Position numbers and translations under genes: made by a program. Positions 22,443 to 35,851 of a stretch of DNA of 64,000 nucleotides are shown here, piece by piece. A model generated the notes under the pieces. The model was not told the origin of the DNA. It made no database searches and worked only from the letters and a program-made list of their open reading frames with translations. The stretch is taken from positions 62,001-126,000 of the forward strand of contig RSEE01000019.1 in the NCBI GenBank assembly GCA_003971905.1, read 5' to 3'. The stretch's first letter is position 1, and the number at the start of each line of letters is the position of its first letter. This stretch comes from Moniliella sp. 'wahieum'. Taxonomy: Eukaryota.

Positions 22443-23450
22443 TCAATGTCGTTGGAAAGAGAATGTTACTGCTGTGGGCCATGACTCGTAAGCGACCCGT
22501 AGCGATGAAGGCGTAGAAGCAGTGTGGCTGAAAGTCCGTTTCGAGATGGGTGAAAGGGTGCAACGAAAACCTGGCTTGGCAAAAGAAGTAGTTGGGCAGA
22601 ACCGTTTACCAACTCCAGGAGAAGAAGAGAAAGAGCAAGCAAAGAAACCAGCTGGTCTATTAGTTGAGCAGCTTGGGGTTGTGGAACCAGAGAGCATGCT
22701 GCATGTACTCCCCGATGTGTACGTCTCGACCCGCCCGTCCTCAGCATCGTCTTTGTAAAGTGCATGTTCGGTGGTTGAGCTTACTGGGCCACTGACCGCT
22801 TCGCCTTGGAAGGAAAAGCGAACAATTCCTTGCTTAAAGTCAGCCCGCCACAGCTGGTCAGCCAGCTGGGTAACATTGTCCTTGGCACAGTACTCCCATG
22901 TAACATAGTGGTACCCTGTCTTGGGGGCAGCGGCAACCGCGGGCAAGCAAGGCACAAGCCGCGAGGGTACCGTTGTTGGTCAAGGACTGCAGCTGGCCCC
23001 AAAGGTGGTTGCCGAACGGCTTGGTTCCAATCGCCCCGCCAACAGTCACGTTCAGTCTGGAGCCTGGACGCAGAGAACTCAAACAAGCCATCGCTGTACT
23101 GGCTAGGGCTGTTCTACAATCAAAATAACGGGGGTGCGGGCAAGTTAGCTGTATGCGCATGGAGGCACCGCATGAGCTAAAGCGAGAGGGCGGGGGGGGG
23201 GTAACGGAGGAGACGACATACGGCTGTGTTGCCTACGGTGAGGTGACCCCGTGAGTGCCACTTCCAAAGATAACGGATGTGTTTTGGCTGGTGCTTGGGT
23301 CTTCGGTGCCCCACACCAGCTTTCCCGTAAACTCGGCTTGGATCCGATGGGCGAAGAGCGGGAGACAGCGGGAGCGGGAGCAGCAGTCGCGCTGGACGCA
23401 GTCAAGGCGAGCAGGGCAAAAGACGCGAGGGAGGGAGCCAATGCGAGCAT
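22443..23450 (-). CDS. Secreted Cys-rich protein of unknown function
   Basis: Signal peptide MLALAPSLASFALLALTASSATAAP, multiple Cys, NHLW and DQLW motifs; frameshifts or introns in the middle. Confidence 0.6.
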
Positions 23451-25507
23451 GATGTTGAAGGCGCTGATGGGGGGGCTGAGCGTAGTAAACGATGTGTGGG
23501 AGGAGAGTGCTTGCGAGGTGCGATGAGGTAGTCGGAGAGCCGGGAAGGGGGCACGACTTAATACTTTTCTGACGCCGCGGTGCGGGTCGAACAGCGCCAC
23601 CCAGAGCAGGAGGTGCGGAGATGGAGGCCCCAAGAGGGTGGGCCGGACAGGGCTGAGCCTCAGCGCTGATCGACGATCATCCAACCTCGTTCAGATCCTC
23701 GGTGTTCGCACTCACAAGCTGGTCGCGGAGCCCCGGCAACCAAGTGTTCGACGGAAGAGACGCAGAAGAACATTCCGATTAATAACGAGCAACTAGTACC
23801 GCGCGAGTAACTCAAGTAACGCGCAGGCGGTGCGCCAGAGAAGTCCGGAGGGGCACCAACTCGCGCCAACTATGTGGCCGGTGCGTTGCCCGGAGCCATC
23901 GGCAGCGGCGTGGGCACGCGGCTCACCCTACGCGCGCCCACGGCACTCCATCGACCACATCATACATCATGCATCATCGACATCAATCATTAATCATCAC
24001 ACACACCCCGAGCACGAAGACCGGACGGACGGGAGAGGCTCGCGAGCTCGTTAGCAGGACGGTGTGTGGCGTTCTGCGCCGGCTGTCGGTGGCTAGGAGC
24101 CGCGTGATCGCGTGATCGAGTGATCCATCGGAACTCAGCGTACGAGACCCTCTCCATCATCAATCAGCGCGCTCCGCCCCCCATTTTCCGATTACTCCGT
24201 CCGGCGGCAGTCCATCTATACTAGTGATAGCTCTCTGCTGCTCCACATTTCGCCGTAATAACAACGACCGGCATTTCCCCGTATGCTAATAGAGTAGTGC
24301 GGCTTGGGAGGACTCGCGATCCTATGGATCAGCTACAAAGCATCAGACTTCAGACGAGGCGTCGTGAAGGCAACGTGGTAAGCCCCAAGTCTTTTCAAGT
24401 AACGCCTGAAGGGAAGGAGGCAGGCGAGAGAGGAGGGAGATGGGGCGAGCAGGGGGCGCATAGCCTGCGAGCGGAACTCTTTCGCCCGGTTAGGCGAGCG
24501 TCGCCGATCAATTGAGGGCCGTGCAGGGGAACCCTACGTATAGCACTACCCTCCAACACCGTAGCCTCAAAACGCGTACAGTAAAACAACCGTGAAAAGT
24601 TATTCAACTCCGGCACGGACGTTGTGATGGGTGGCGTTAAACGTTAATTCCACTAAGTAACGGAAGCTATACTATAGTGGAGAACCACCGGGGGGGGCTG
24701 CCAGGCTCGTCCGCCCTGCTCTGAATGCCCCCCCGTTCTCGAATTTCACTAATAGCGTTGTTTGGAGGCATAATTCACTTCACTGGTCCAGGTGTGGGGC
24801 CTCTTCTTCGACCAAAGTGTGATTGACGTCCCGTGGCAGTATACCCACAAACTGTTATTACTACTTTTTCCTGACCACCCCCAGACACTGTCCCACACTG
24901 TGGGTGGCTTGACCACTTTTTATTCCCAACACAACTTCTCCTGACATAGAAGATACCCCTTCCTCCCCAAAGCACAGCTAATATTGACGCTGATGTTCAT
25001 CTGCGATCCCCGGAAGAACTATCTCTATTGATCGATTATCGATTATCGTTCATACGACACACCTCGCCCTTCAACACTAAGTGTGGTCCAGTGAAGAACG
25101 GTGACCATTATATTATCCTCTCCACCAACGTCCCTTTATTCTCCCATCTTTCTCCCCGTAGGCATCCCACCTACTAATATGCATCGAACACAGAGGTTCA
25201 CAGATGTCCATTCACATGTACCCCTCACCTGTCTCTCGCACAAAGAGGGCCACAGAGAGTGGACAAATACATAGAGACGAACTGTTGAAGAAACTTCGAA
25301 CCCCCCTATACACAGTGATTCTGAACCCCGTTTCACCAAAAGGTCTATCCACCATATATAATGCGATCCTGGAAATGAAATGGAGATGGATTGGACCGTC
25401 ATTTGGATCTGGCCTCAATGGCGTGATGGACGAAAATCAAAGGGGAGAAAAGGGGATGATCCTAGACAGGGCAAAGGAAGAAAGCAGGGGGAGTGTGGAC
25501 AAGAAAG

Positions 25508-25916
25508 TTACTGCAGTCCAGCATCTTTGAAAGCTTGGTCCTCGGCGTGACGCTTGGCCTTCTCGTTGTCGACAAAGTCGAGCCCCTTGGTCTCGACCAC
25601 GCGGGTGAGGCCAGCCGACACGAGACCAGCTAGGATCTGCTTGGCCTGGGCGTGGTCCGTAGGCTCGCCGTTTTTGGCCTTGTGTTCATTGTAGGCCTTG
25701 AGCGCCTCGTAGCCAACGGCACCACCGAGCACCTGGTGCCTACGAGGCAGTGAAGTGGAGGTAACACGGGTCAGGGGATTCAAGCAAAGACTCGTTACGA
25801 TACTATAGTGCCCCGAGAGGTATGGGGGAAAATGAGTGGGAGACGCACGAAAGCTTGGACTTGTGGGCCTCGGAGCCGTCGTACTCCTGGACAGTGTTGT
25901 AGTTGTCGAGACTCAT
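25508..25916 (-). CDS. cipC: CipC-like (DUF3759) small fungal protein
   Basis: MSLDNYNTVQEYDGSEAHKSKL / intron 25740-25848 / HQVLGGAVGYEALKAYNEHKAKNGEPTDHAQAKQILAG...VETKGLDFVDNEKAKRHA. Confidence 0.9.
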
Positions 25917-28236
25917 ATGATATCTAGATGGATGAAGAGATGGCGGGGGGTTGTCAAGTAAAACGGGCGCGGACAGTAAACGCAGAGGGATTGTGTTGGT
26001 GGAGAAAGGGAAAAGGGGGGATACGGCAAAGAGAGGCGGTATATATATGTTTTCTGTGAGTACTATAATATGTGGTACTACTATTATGGTGCATCATCTA
26101 TGGTTCCATGGAGCCTATCCTCATAGCCTATCCTGGTGGAGAGCCAGTATAGGCCACAGTCCTCATCTGGAATAAAGAAAACGCACAGACCCCTCGAGTG
26201 GGTGTGTCGCGGCCATATACCCCTGGAACCCTAATCGCTCCGGAGGCCCTATGAGATCCTTCTAATACCACACAGCAAAAGAAGCTTGTCACAGCAAAAA
26301 CGCCGAGAGTTGGTACACAGTTTCATTGCCAGGGGCACAGATCGTCTCCTGACTCCAGTGTTCTTGGCTATTACCGGTTACCGGTTGCCCCCTACGACCC
26401 GGTGGAGAGGGCACACTCACAGCATGCTTCACACAGAGAAGGGGATATACACTCACAAGATGCCCGACGACCCCACCTATTATATAGCACGGTGTGTGTC
26501 CCCGCCACCACACAACGCAATGAGGTGCGGGTGAAGAACACGCCCACAACTCGTATAGTATTATACGTAGACATATTCGCCTTTGAAGGGGTGATCAGAT
26601 CGATTAGAGTTGCTGTTGGCCCCTCCCCTAGCTGCTCCACGCGTGTCTTCTCTCTTCCTCTCTCCAGGGACAACTATGAACGGAGGGCGGGGTGTCCCCG
26701 CAACAGCTGGTACGGCGCCTGTGTCATATCGCGATGTGTTGCATGTGTTGGTTTGAAAACGTCCTGTTGGACTGTCCCCGTGCGGGGTCTGCTGCGCCAC
26801 ACTTGGCATGGCGCAGATACACACATCCTACTTTGAGCGCAATTGGTGGATTCCGATATGTATTGTGTACAGCCATCCCCCGCTCAATGGACTCCACACC
26901 TTTATACCCTCAATTGAGTGGAGAGTATAGGTTGCGAATCAGTTGCTTATATTGCTTAATTTGCTGTGTCGCGGCGTGTCTTTACGGCACTTTTTGGGGC
27001 GGGTAAAAGAGCACACCACTTATTTGGGTTCAGAAGACGTGTCCGCGGGTGCGGCCATTGCTGTCCTTTTGTTGTAGTAGCAGGGATGCACTCTTTCGGA
27101 CACTGCCAAAATTGTCATAAGAAGGCTGGACGGTAAGGTGCTCTGGAAGTATACGTCTCTCCACAATTGAAGGCCGCCAGACCTCCATGGGGACGGGAGA
27201 CATTTCAGGTTTCCCCACACCTTGCAGCGCCGACGCAACGCGCTCAGGCAAAAACACCGAGCGCTTTGAGGTTCGGATAGCGGCCTGAGGTTTTGTGGCC
27301 CTCGAAAAGCCATTCCTGCGGTTCGTCCAGATATGGGGCTGTGGTGACCTTTTTGTCCAAGGTGCCAGAGGGGCAGCGCTGAGCCATCCTCGGCTTCGAC
27401 GGGCAAGGATGTTCATCTCTGCACCCAAGAAGTCCACACCATCATTTACAATTATTATTTTCATGTGTACTGACAAATTGCCAGGATCACTGCGATCACT
27501 GACATTGCCACACCTACTATAAGCACATGTCAATGGCGCAGGTGGGTGTGGCCACCAGAAGAACTTTTCGTCAAGGCAACAGGGGTGACAGTCGAGGCAG
27601 CTTCATATCCGTTGCGGGCTAATAAGAGTGTACACCTCCTGTGTCACTCTGTGGTTTTGAGAATTATGAGAAGCTGCAAGTGGAACGATTGTTTTGAGGC
27701 TGCTATAGCATGGCCATGAGAGAGCTAGGATGCGCACGATGGCCGGAGAAGGCTGCCAGAGTATAAATAAGGTTAGATACGAGACGGGGGGAGGGGCAGG
27801 ATGAGAGAGAAGGCATGATACAAAAAGGATTGCAGTTATCATCTTCTGTTGCTGCCAAAGCGCATTTCCATCTTCTACACCTTCCCTCCCCATGTGGTTC
27901 TGGCAAACCAGCATGGCCGTGCAGACCAAGCTGAACACGGGCAGTGTGCATCTCCACACATGCAAAATGCGTCGAAAAGGTCCTCGCCCTGTGCTCGATG
28001 TCAATTTGGGCGTGGAAGAGTAAGGTAATCCCAAGATCAAATTTCAAAGTTACAATTCGAGCTTGGAATGAAATCTGGAACACGTGTCTCTGTTCCTGAA
28101 TTCCAATCTCGACTAGACCATGTGGAGTTCTGAGAGGCATGGTTTGCTTGCTGCCTTGGGTCTCTACTCTTCCCCTTGCTCTGCCTCCCTACCTCCACCA
28201 TTTCCTTCTATCGGTATCTGCCAAGCCCATCCTGAC

Positions 28237-30390
28237 ATGTCCTCTTCCACCAACACCCCTGGGAAGATCGAAGAGAAGGCCGATGGACCTGCCGCTGCAT
28301 CCTCGTCCAGCACGGCCCAAGATACTCTGATCCCCACCACGCCTCCTCCGGCCTCGTCGCGCAAGCGAATCGTGATTGTTGGCGCCGGACTGGGTGGCGT
28401 TGTTTTGGCGGCGCGCCTGGCCGCGCTGGACAAGTATGATGTTTTGGTTCTGGAGAAGAACTCCACCCCGGGTGGTCGTCTGTCGTCCTACTCCAAAGGG
28501 GGCTTTCGCTTCGACGTTGGTGGCTCTGGCGCCCTAGTTTTACCCCAAGTGATCGAGGCGGCGTTTCGGGACCTGGGTGTCGAGCCTGCGGATGTGCTCG
28601 ACTTGATCCCTTCAGGTCCATCACGCGCATTCTGGTTTGGTGATGGTACCCGTTTTGCGTTGACGGACGACAAGGAAAAGCTTCGCGCCACGTTGGAATC
28701 GTTGGAGGGGAAAGAGGACAACGACCGTGCCTGGGCCCAGTACCAAGCCTTTCTCAAGGAAGGAAAAAGCAATTATGATTCGGTCACTGGTCTAGCCGAC
28801 TTTGACTGGACCGTTTCGCCCATGACGGCTGCCACGCCTCGTTTTTGGCCAGTATACTTGCGCACTCGCTTCCTTCGCTCCTTCTCCACGTTCTACAGCC
28901 GGGTGGCGTACGTATCCCTCGTACCTGTGGCTCATACGAAAACTGACTTGCGCCTTCTACCGACAGATCCTATTTCAAAAGCAAGTATGTGCGGCAAGCC
29001 TTGGCGACCATGTCGCTGTTTGATCTCGGACAATCCCCCTATTCGGCCCTGGGGACCTACACCATGCTCCCCTATGGGGAGATGACCCATGGCGTGCTGT
29101 ATCCGCGCGGGGGGACGCAAGCGGTGATTGATGCCTTTGTCAAGCTAGCCATCGAAAAGGGTGCCAAATTCCAGTACGATGCCAATGTCAGTGAGATTGT
29201 GCCCAACTTCAAGTTCCCCGGGCGCATGGTGGGCGTCAAATTGGCAAGGATGAGTTTGTGCCGGCGGATGCGATTGTGTCCAACGCGGACGCAGTATGGA
29301 GCTACGTTTCGTGAGTGGATCCCCGTCGATCTGAGTTGTCTGCACGTGGGTGCTAACCTGTTTGTTTTATTTTTTTTCGTTACTAGGCTCCTCCCCAAGT
29401 CGCAAGCCACGGTGGGTATGCTGGATATGGCCATGGGTCCTTCTTCCATTACGTTTTTCTGGGGGTTGAACAGCCCTCTTCCAGAGTTGACTGAAGCCCA
29501 TACCGTTTTCCTCCCCAGTCCCGAGCTGAAGGAGGCGTGGGACCATGTCCTGCGAGCCGTTACCGATGGCAATGGGGTGGATGGCCGCATGCCCCTATTT
29601 GTGGTGGACAAGCTGACTGCGTTGGATCCCTCGGCTGCGCCCGAGGGTAAGGAGGCACTTGTCATTACTATTCCCTGTGGCACGCTCCCGTCGGCCGGAA
29701 AGAAGGGGGTGGCCAATTCGGGTAAGCACCTGGTTGAGATTCTCACGCTTCTTCGCGGGCTGGTCCTCAAGCGCCTGGAGGCCGAGCTGGGTCGACCGGA
29801 CCTGGCGAACCTACTTGAGGTGGAGGATGTGCATTCGCCTGCCACATGGAGGACACGGTACAATGCGTGGCTGGGCAACACGCAAGGGTTGTTGCCCAAC
29901 TGGTTTCAGTCGCTCTACTTTCGTACCCCCACCCAACACGATCACTACCGTAATGTGTTCTTCACCGGTGCCTCGGTCCAGCCGGGCAACATTCCTCCCG
30001 CCGTCGTTGCTGGTACGCGGCCGCTGTCGCACAAGATTGATTTGTTCCTCCAAGGCAGTGATGCGTCGTGGTACAAGGAGTACCTGACTATCCTGGTGCT
30101 CCTCACTTTGCTGGGCTTTGTCATTGCCTTTATTCTCAACTTGTTTCCTGACGAGGTGGATTACGAGGGCTTGGCCAAGGCAATTGCGTCGGACGAAGCC
30201 AAGTCCACATCCAAGTCATTGGCAAAGGCATCTGCCAGTGCATCCAAGCTTGCCTCTCGTGCTTCCGTTAGCGCCTCCAAGGCCGCCTCCCGTGCCTCGG
30301 TCAGTTCATCCAAAGCCGCTTATCGCGCCGATCAGTGCTGCCAAAGCTGCCTCTCGTGCCTTGGCCAGCGCTACTAAGGCGGCTAGCTAG
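28237..30390 (+). CDS. CrtI/phytoene-desaturase-family flavoprotein with C-terminal TM helix and repeat tail
   Basis: IVIVGAGLGG, EKNSTPGGRL, GFRFDVG, intron 28908-28966, GQSPYSALGTYTML, YPRGG, DPSAAPEGKE, NVFFTGASVQPG. Confidence 0.85.
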
Positions 30391-30740
30391 GTTGCATTCC
30401 TAATCAACTGCGCGGACGCAATGCAGCGCCGTGCGGTAACCAGCTATGTTATGTGCACGAGTTGAATTCAGGCCGCCGATCCCAGACTCGATAGTGGTTG
30501 CGCATGTAGTGAGATAGGATTTGATGTCAACAGAAAACCAATACGGGACTGGGAATATGCTGCATGCAACGGGGGAGGCGAGACCCGTGCGCGACGCGAG
30601 CCGAGTGGCCAGGTTCAGAGAAGAGCCAGCATTTTGTGAGAGAAGGCAAGATGAGGAGCAGGAGAGGGGGAGGATACAGAAACCACTGCAAGACGATGGA
30701 TGGATTAGGGGTATGAAGAAGGGGGGGAGGTCCGAGCGCC

Positions 30741-31921
30741 TTAGTCGTCAAACGTCATCTTCTTGCCCTCGCCGGGGGCTGCCGCGCCCGACCGGCGGGC
30801 CCAGCCATTGTCGCCGGAACGTCCGCCGCCACGGCCACCAAACCCACCACGTCCACCACCACGTCCACCACCACGTCCACCGCCACGGCCTCCGAACCCG
30901 CCACGGCCAGCACCACGGCCCCGACCGCCAAACCCGCCGCGGCCGCCACCGTTGCCGCCGTCACGGTCACGGGGTGGGGCGTAGTCCAAGCGGATAGCGC
31001 GGCCCTTGATGTCAGCGCCGTTGAGCGCCGAGAGCGCTGCGGTGGCCTCGTCGACCGAACCAAACTCAATGTAAGCGAACCCCTTGGGCTTGCCCGTGTT
31101 CATGTCGGTAGGCAGGCGAATGCTGGAAACCGAGCCGTGCTCAGCAAACGCATCCCGCAGGTCGCCCTCCTCGGGAGACCAGGACAGACCGCCGACAAAG
31201 AGGGTGGAAGAAGGGTCGGAGGCCGGACGGCGGTTGCCACGCTGCTCGCGAGGCTGGTTGGGGTCACGCGGAGCACGCTGGGTGGCAAAGTCGACGCGGA
31301 TGGCGCGCCATCCACTTCGTGGCCTTGCATCGTCTCGACTGCCTTCTTGGCATCGGCCGCCGACTCGAATTCGACATAGCCAAAGCCACGAGAGCGGTGC
31401 GAGTCGCGGTCGGTCTGCACCCGGGCCGACTTGACAGTGCCCACGTCGGCAAAGATGCGAGCGAGCCAGTCGTCATCGATGTTCCACGACAGCTGACCGA
31501 CAAAGATGTTAGCCGGCTCAGCCTCAGCCTCGGCCTCGGCCGAAGGGTTGGTAGCTGGCGAGTCATCCTCGTTCACCTTGACCGCCTTGGAGCTGTTCTC
31601 CTCCTCAGCCTCGTCCTCAGCCTTGCGCTTCTTGGACTCGGGCTGGGAAGCAGACGCGTCCGACTCGGGGGTCTCGGCGTCGGAGGAGGCGTCCGAGGTG
31701 GTCTCGGCAGGGGAAGCAACCTTGGTCTCCTCCTCCGAAGCGTCAGAAGCCTCCTTTTCCTCCGACTTGCTCTTCTTGCTCTTTTTGCTGGCCTTGGCTT
31801 CCTTGCTGGCGACCTTGTCCGCCTTCTTGTCCGCCTTCTTCTCGGCCTTCTTGGCAGCCTTCTTCAGGGCCTTGTCGTCCTGGACCTTGGTCTCGGTGGC
31901 GGTAACGTCCTTCTTGCCCAT
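30741..31921 (-). CDS. NSR1: Nucleolin-like protein Nsr1/Gar2 (two RRMs, RGG tail)
   Basis: Lys/acidic N-terminus, IFVGQLSWNIDDDWL...SRGFGYVEF, TGKPKGFAYIEF, GGRGG repeats, GKKMTFDD*. Confidence 0.95.
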
Positions 31922-32625
31922 GGCGATAATGGAGATGAAAGGGGTATGGGGTGGGGGGGGGGTAAGAAGGGGAGGCAAAACGGGGACGAGGCCTGGCTTT
32001 ATAAACTGGACGCACTTGGATCCCAGCCCAGTTCGTCGGCGCGGCAGGAAAAAAATTAGAATCGGTTCAATTGGCCGCCGCCCGGCCCAAAAGTGTCTAC
32101 TTGAAACTTTCGCGTGACGTGCGGCACGTGGCGTGTGCTGCCACTGGCATGTCCGACATGTGACCTGGCTGTGGCCGGCGAATGTGACTGCCATTTTTTC
32201 AGCCAACGCTCAGTACCAGTCCACACCCCGGCAGCTACAGTAACTAGTAAAATAGTAACGTGGTGCCCACGCTGAGTTGCAAGAACAGCTTAGTGGAGCG
32301 TGGAGAATGTATAGCAATACCGGGGGAGCGGCAGATAATACAAGTACGGAAGAGAGGAAGAGCCACAGTGGCAGGAAAGTCACTTGGAGGAGAGATTGGA
32401 GATTGATTGAATATTGAGGGGGGGGGAGAGAGACGGGAGGGGACGGGAGAGGAGAGTCATGGTTGAAACAGGCCCCGGCAGAGTTGAGATCTGGGATTGG
32501 AGAGTACAGTTGAAGGTATGAAGGGTAAACGTGACATGGTGAGCTAGTGAGAGAGCAGGTGAGTGCATGGCATGGGAGACCAGCAGGGGGAGGCCTCAAG
32601 ACCGATCACGGAGAGAGGACGCGCA

Positions 32626-35600
32626 TTACTCGGACGTGTACTCCTCTACTGATCCGCACTCGCAAACGAGGTTCAAGTCGCCATACGCATCGTCCACCCG
32701 ACCGGACGAGGGCCAGACCTTGCTGTCGCGCAGCGATGCCACGGGGTAAGCAGCGGTCTCACGGGAGTACTTGTGGTCCCACTCGGTAGCTGCAACCACA
32801 GCCGCCGTGTGCGGGGCATGCTTCAGCGGTGAGTCAGCCACGTCCACTTACCCTCCACCACGTCGGCGATTTCCTTGCGAATGGCCAGCATCGCATCGAC
32901 AAACCGGTCGAGCTCAGCGAGCGACTCGGACTCGGTGGGTTCCACCAACAGGCCCGTGGAGATGGGCCAAGAGCACGTCGGGCATGGAAACCAAAGTCGC
33001 CAAGTCGCTTGGCCACATCCATCACCTGCACCCCAGCCGACTTGAACTCCGCCAGGTCCAACAGAAATTCGTGCGCGACGAGACCTTGAGCGTTGGTGTA
33101 GCGCAACTTGTACGACCCGGCCAAGCGGCGGGCCATGTAGTTGGCAGCCAACATGGCGTGCACCGAGGAGGCACGAAGGCCCTCCCAACCCAGCTGGCGA
33201 ATGTAGGCCCAGGCAATGGTCAAGATTGAGGCGGAGCCGTACGGTGCAGCACTGATGGGACCAATGGCTTCGGAACCAGTAGGCATGCCTACCTCCTCAG
33301 CAGCAGGGTGGCCAGGGAGGAAAGGTGCCAAGTGTGCGGCGGAGCAGATCGGCCCAACACCTGGACCTCCACCACCGTGGGGGATGGAGAAGGTTTTGTG
33401 GAGGTTGAGGTGGGTCACGTCGGCGCCTACCTTGGCAGGAGAGGTAAGTCCCACCTGGGCTTGTAGGTTAGCGCCATCCAAGTAAACCTGGCCACCGTGA
33501 TCATGGATGACCTGGCAAGCTTCGCAACCTTCTCCTCAAAGACGCCATAGGTCGAAGGGTAGGTTACCATAAATGCCGCCAACTTGTCTGCGTGTTTGGC
33601 GGCCTTGGCCTTGAGGTCGTCCATGTCCAACGAGCCATCAGCCAAGTTCTTGACGGCAACCACCTTGAGACCTGCCATGGCAGCCGACGCGGGGTTGGTG
33701 CCGTGGGCAGAAGCCGGGATGAGGCACACGTCGCGATGACCTTCTCCTACGGAACGCTGGTAGGCGCGGATCGTTGAGAGGCCAGCAAACTCGCCCTGAG
33801 CACCCGAGTTGGGCTGCAGCGACACGCCCGGTAGACCCGTGACAGTACGAAGGTCGTCTTCGAGCTCAGAAATGAGGGTGTGGTAACCTTGAGCCTGGTC
33901 GGCAGGGACAAAGGGATGGAGACCAGCCCAGCCAGGCTGGGATAGGAGCGACATGCTCGATGTGCCGTTCAACTTCATTGTGCATGATCCAAGCGGGATC
34001 ATAGTTTGGGCCAAGCTCATGTCCTTGGATTGCAACTTGGTAATGTACCGCAGCATGTCTGTTTCCGACTTGTGCGAGTTAAAGATCGGTTGGTCAAGGT
34101 ACTTTGACTGGCGGGCCAAGGGACCCTCCACAGTAAGCGTCTCCAGCCCTTCGTGAGTCAAGCCGGCCTTGGAAGCAGCCGACAAGAGGCCAGCAACGCT
34201 GACATTCTGGCCCTTGGCCTGAGAAAAGACGCCAACCAACGCGGACACCTCAGCCAGGGTGACCGACTCATCCAAGGAAAAGCCAACCTTGGTATCCGAT
34301 ACCTTGCGCAAGTTGAGCCCGGCCTCGACGGCAGCCGTGTGGATCGCCTCGGCTGGAATGCCGCCCGAGGCAGCAAGGTCGACAGTGAGAGTGTCAAAGA
34401 ATGCCGCCTCAGGGTTAACAAACGTGTACCCCAACTCGGTAAGCTGAAGGCGAACCAGACGGGTAAGAGCGTGGGTCTTGCTTGCGATCCGACGCAGGCC
34501 CTCGGGACCATGGTAGATAGCGTACATGGCGCTCATGTTGGCCAGGAGGGCTTGGGCGGTGCAAATGTTGGAGGTGGCCTTTTCGCGGCGAATGTGTTGT
34601 TCACGGGTCTGGAGCGCCAAGCGATAAGCGGGGTTGCCCTGCGCATCCTTGGTCACTCCAACCAGACGACCAGGCATCTTGCGCTTCAGGGCATCGGTCA
34701 CGGCAAAGAAAGCCGCATGAGGTCCTCCGTACCCGGGAGGCACACCGAACCGAGCGGCATTGCCTAGCGCTACGTCCGCACCCCACTCACCAGGCGGTTT
34801 GACCAGGGTAAGGGCGAGCAGATCGGTAGCTGCTGCAACCAGGGCACCGGCCGCCTTAGCTTCGGCCGCAAATGCCGACCAATCAGCCAAGCTGCCGTCC
34901 ACGTCAGGGTACTGCACCAACACCATGAATGTCCTTGCGAGGCACCTCGCTATTCGACGGGAGGGAGGGCTTGCCCGAAGCGTCGCGCAGTGGCTGGACG
35001 ACCACCTTGATTCCGAACCCTTTGGCACGCTGCTTGATGACAGCAATTGTCTGGGGCAGCACGCCCGAGTCGATGAGGAAGATGGGCTTCTTTCCCCTGG
35101 TCTGGTTGAAGCCCAATATCATAGCCTCCGCAGCGGCGGTACCCTCATCCAGGAGGGAAGCGTTGGCCAAGTCAAGACCGGTAAGAGACTTGACCATGGT
35201 CTGGAAGTTGAGCAGCGACTCGAGACGGCCTTGGGAGATCTCAGCTTGGTAGGGGGTGTAGGATGTGTACCAAAGAGGGTTCTCCAGGACCTATACGGTG
35301 CACACTAGGGTTAGTATACAGCACACGCAAGGACGGCAAAGGAATGATTAATGATCACGTACGTTGCGCAGGATAACGGCTGGAACGAGGGTGTTACTGT
35401 AGCCCATGCCAATGAGGGACTTGACCACCTTGTTTTGCTTGCCCAGCTCGGTGCCGCGGGTGAGGAGCTCCGTCTCGGAAATAGGTTGAATCTGATTCTC
35501 GCGCTCGGCCTGTTCAGCCGGAGAGAACAGAAGCGCGTTGGGCACGGCATCCTGGATGAAGGCGTCGAGGTCCTTGTAGCCTAGCGAGGCGAGCATCTTG

Positions 35601-35851
35601 TTCGCGTCCGACGCGCGCGGGCCAAGGTGGCGCGGAGCAAACTCATCGAGAGCAGCAAACACCGAGGTGCGGAGGGCGGCGGGGGACACGCCGGTGCTCG
35701 CCTGAGCACAGGAGGCGGAAGAGGCCCGGACGGGGGTAGAGGCCGAGGAGCGAATGGTGCGGCAGAGGGCAGGGAGGGCCGCGGGCTGGGCCGCAGAGCG
35801 CCGCACAGCACCGAGCACGGCGGGGGAGCGGGCGATAGGGAGCATGCGCAT
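32626..35851 (-). CDS. GCV2: Glycine cleavage system P protein (glycine dehydrogenase, decarboxylating), mitochondrial
   Basis: Presequence, [90 protein letters not shown]; intron 35291-35362. Confidence 0.97.

Noticed and set aside
26286..28140. Several 100-170-codon ORFs between cipC and the desaturase
   Set aside because: No family similarity, and ORFs conflict on both strands.
32049..32112. RRPE-like motifs (GAAAAAAATT, TGAAACTTTT) upstream of NSR1
   Set aside because: Imperfect matches, and expected for a ribosome-biogenesis gene.
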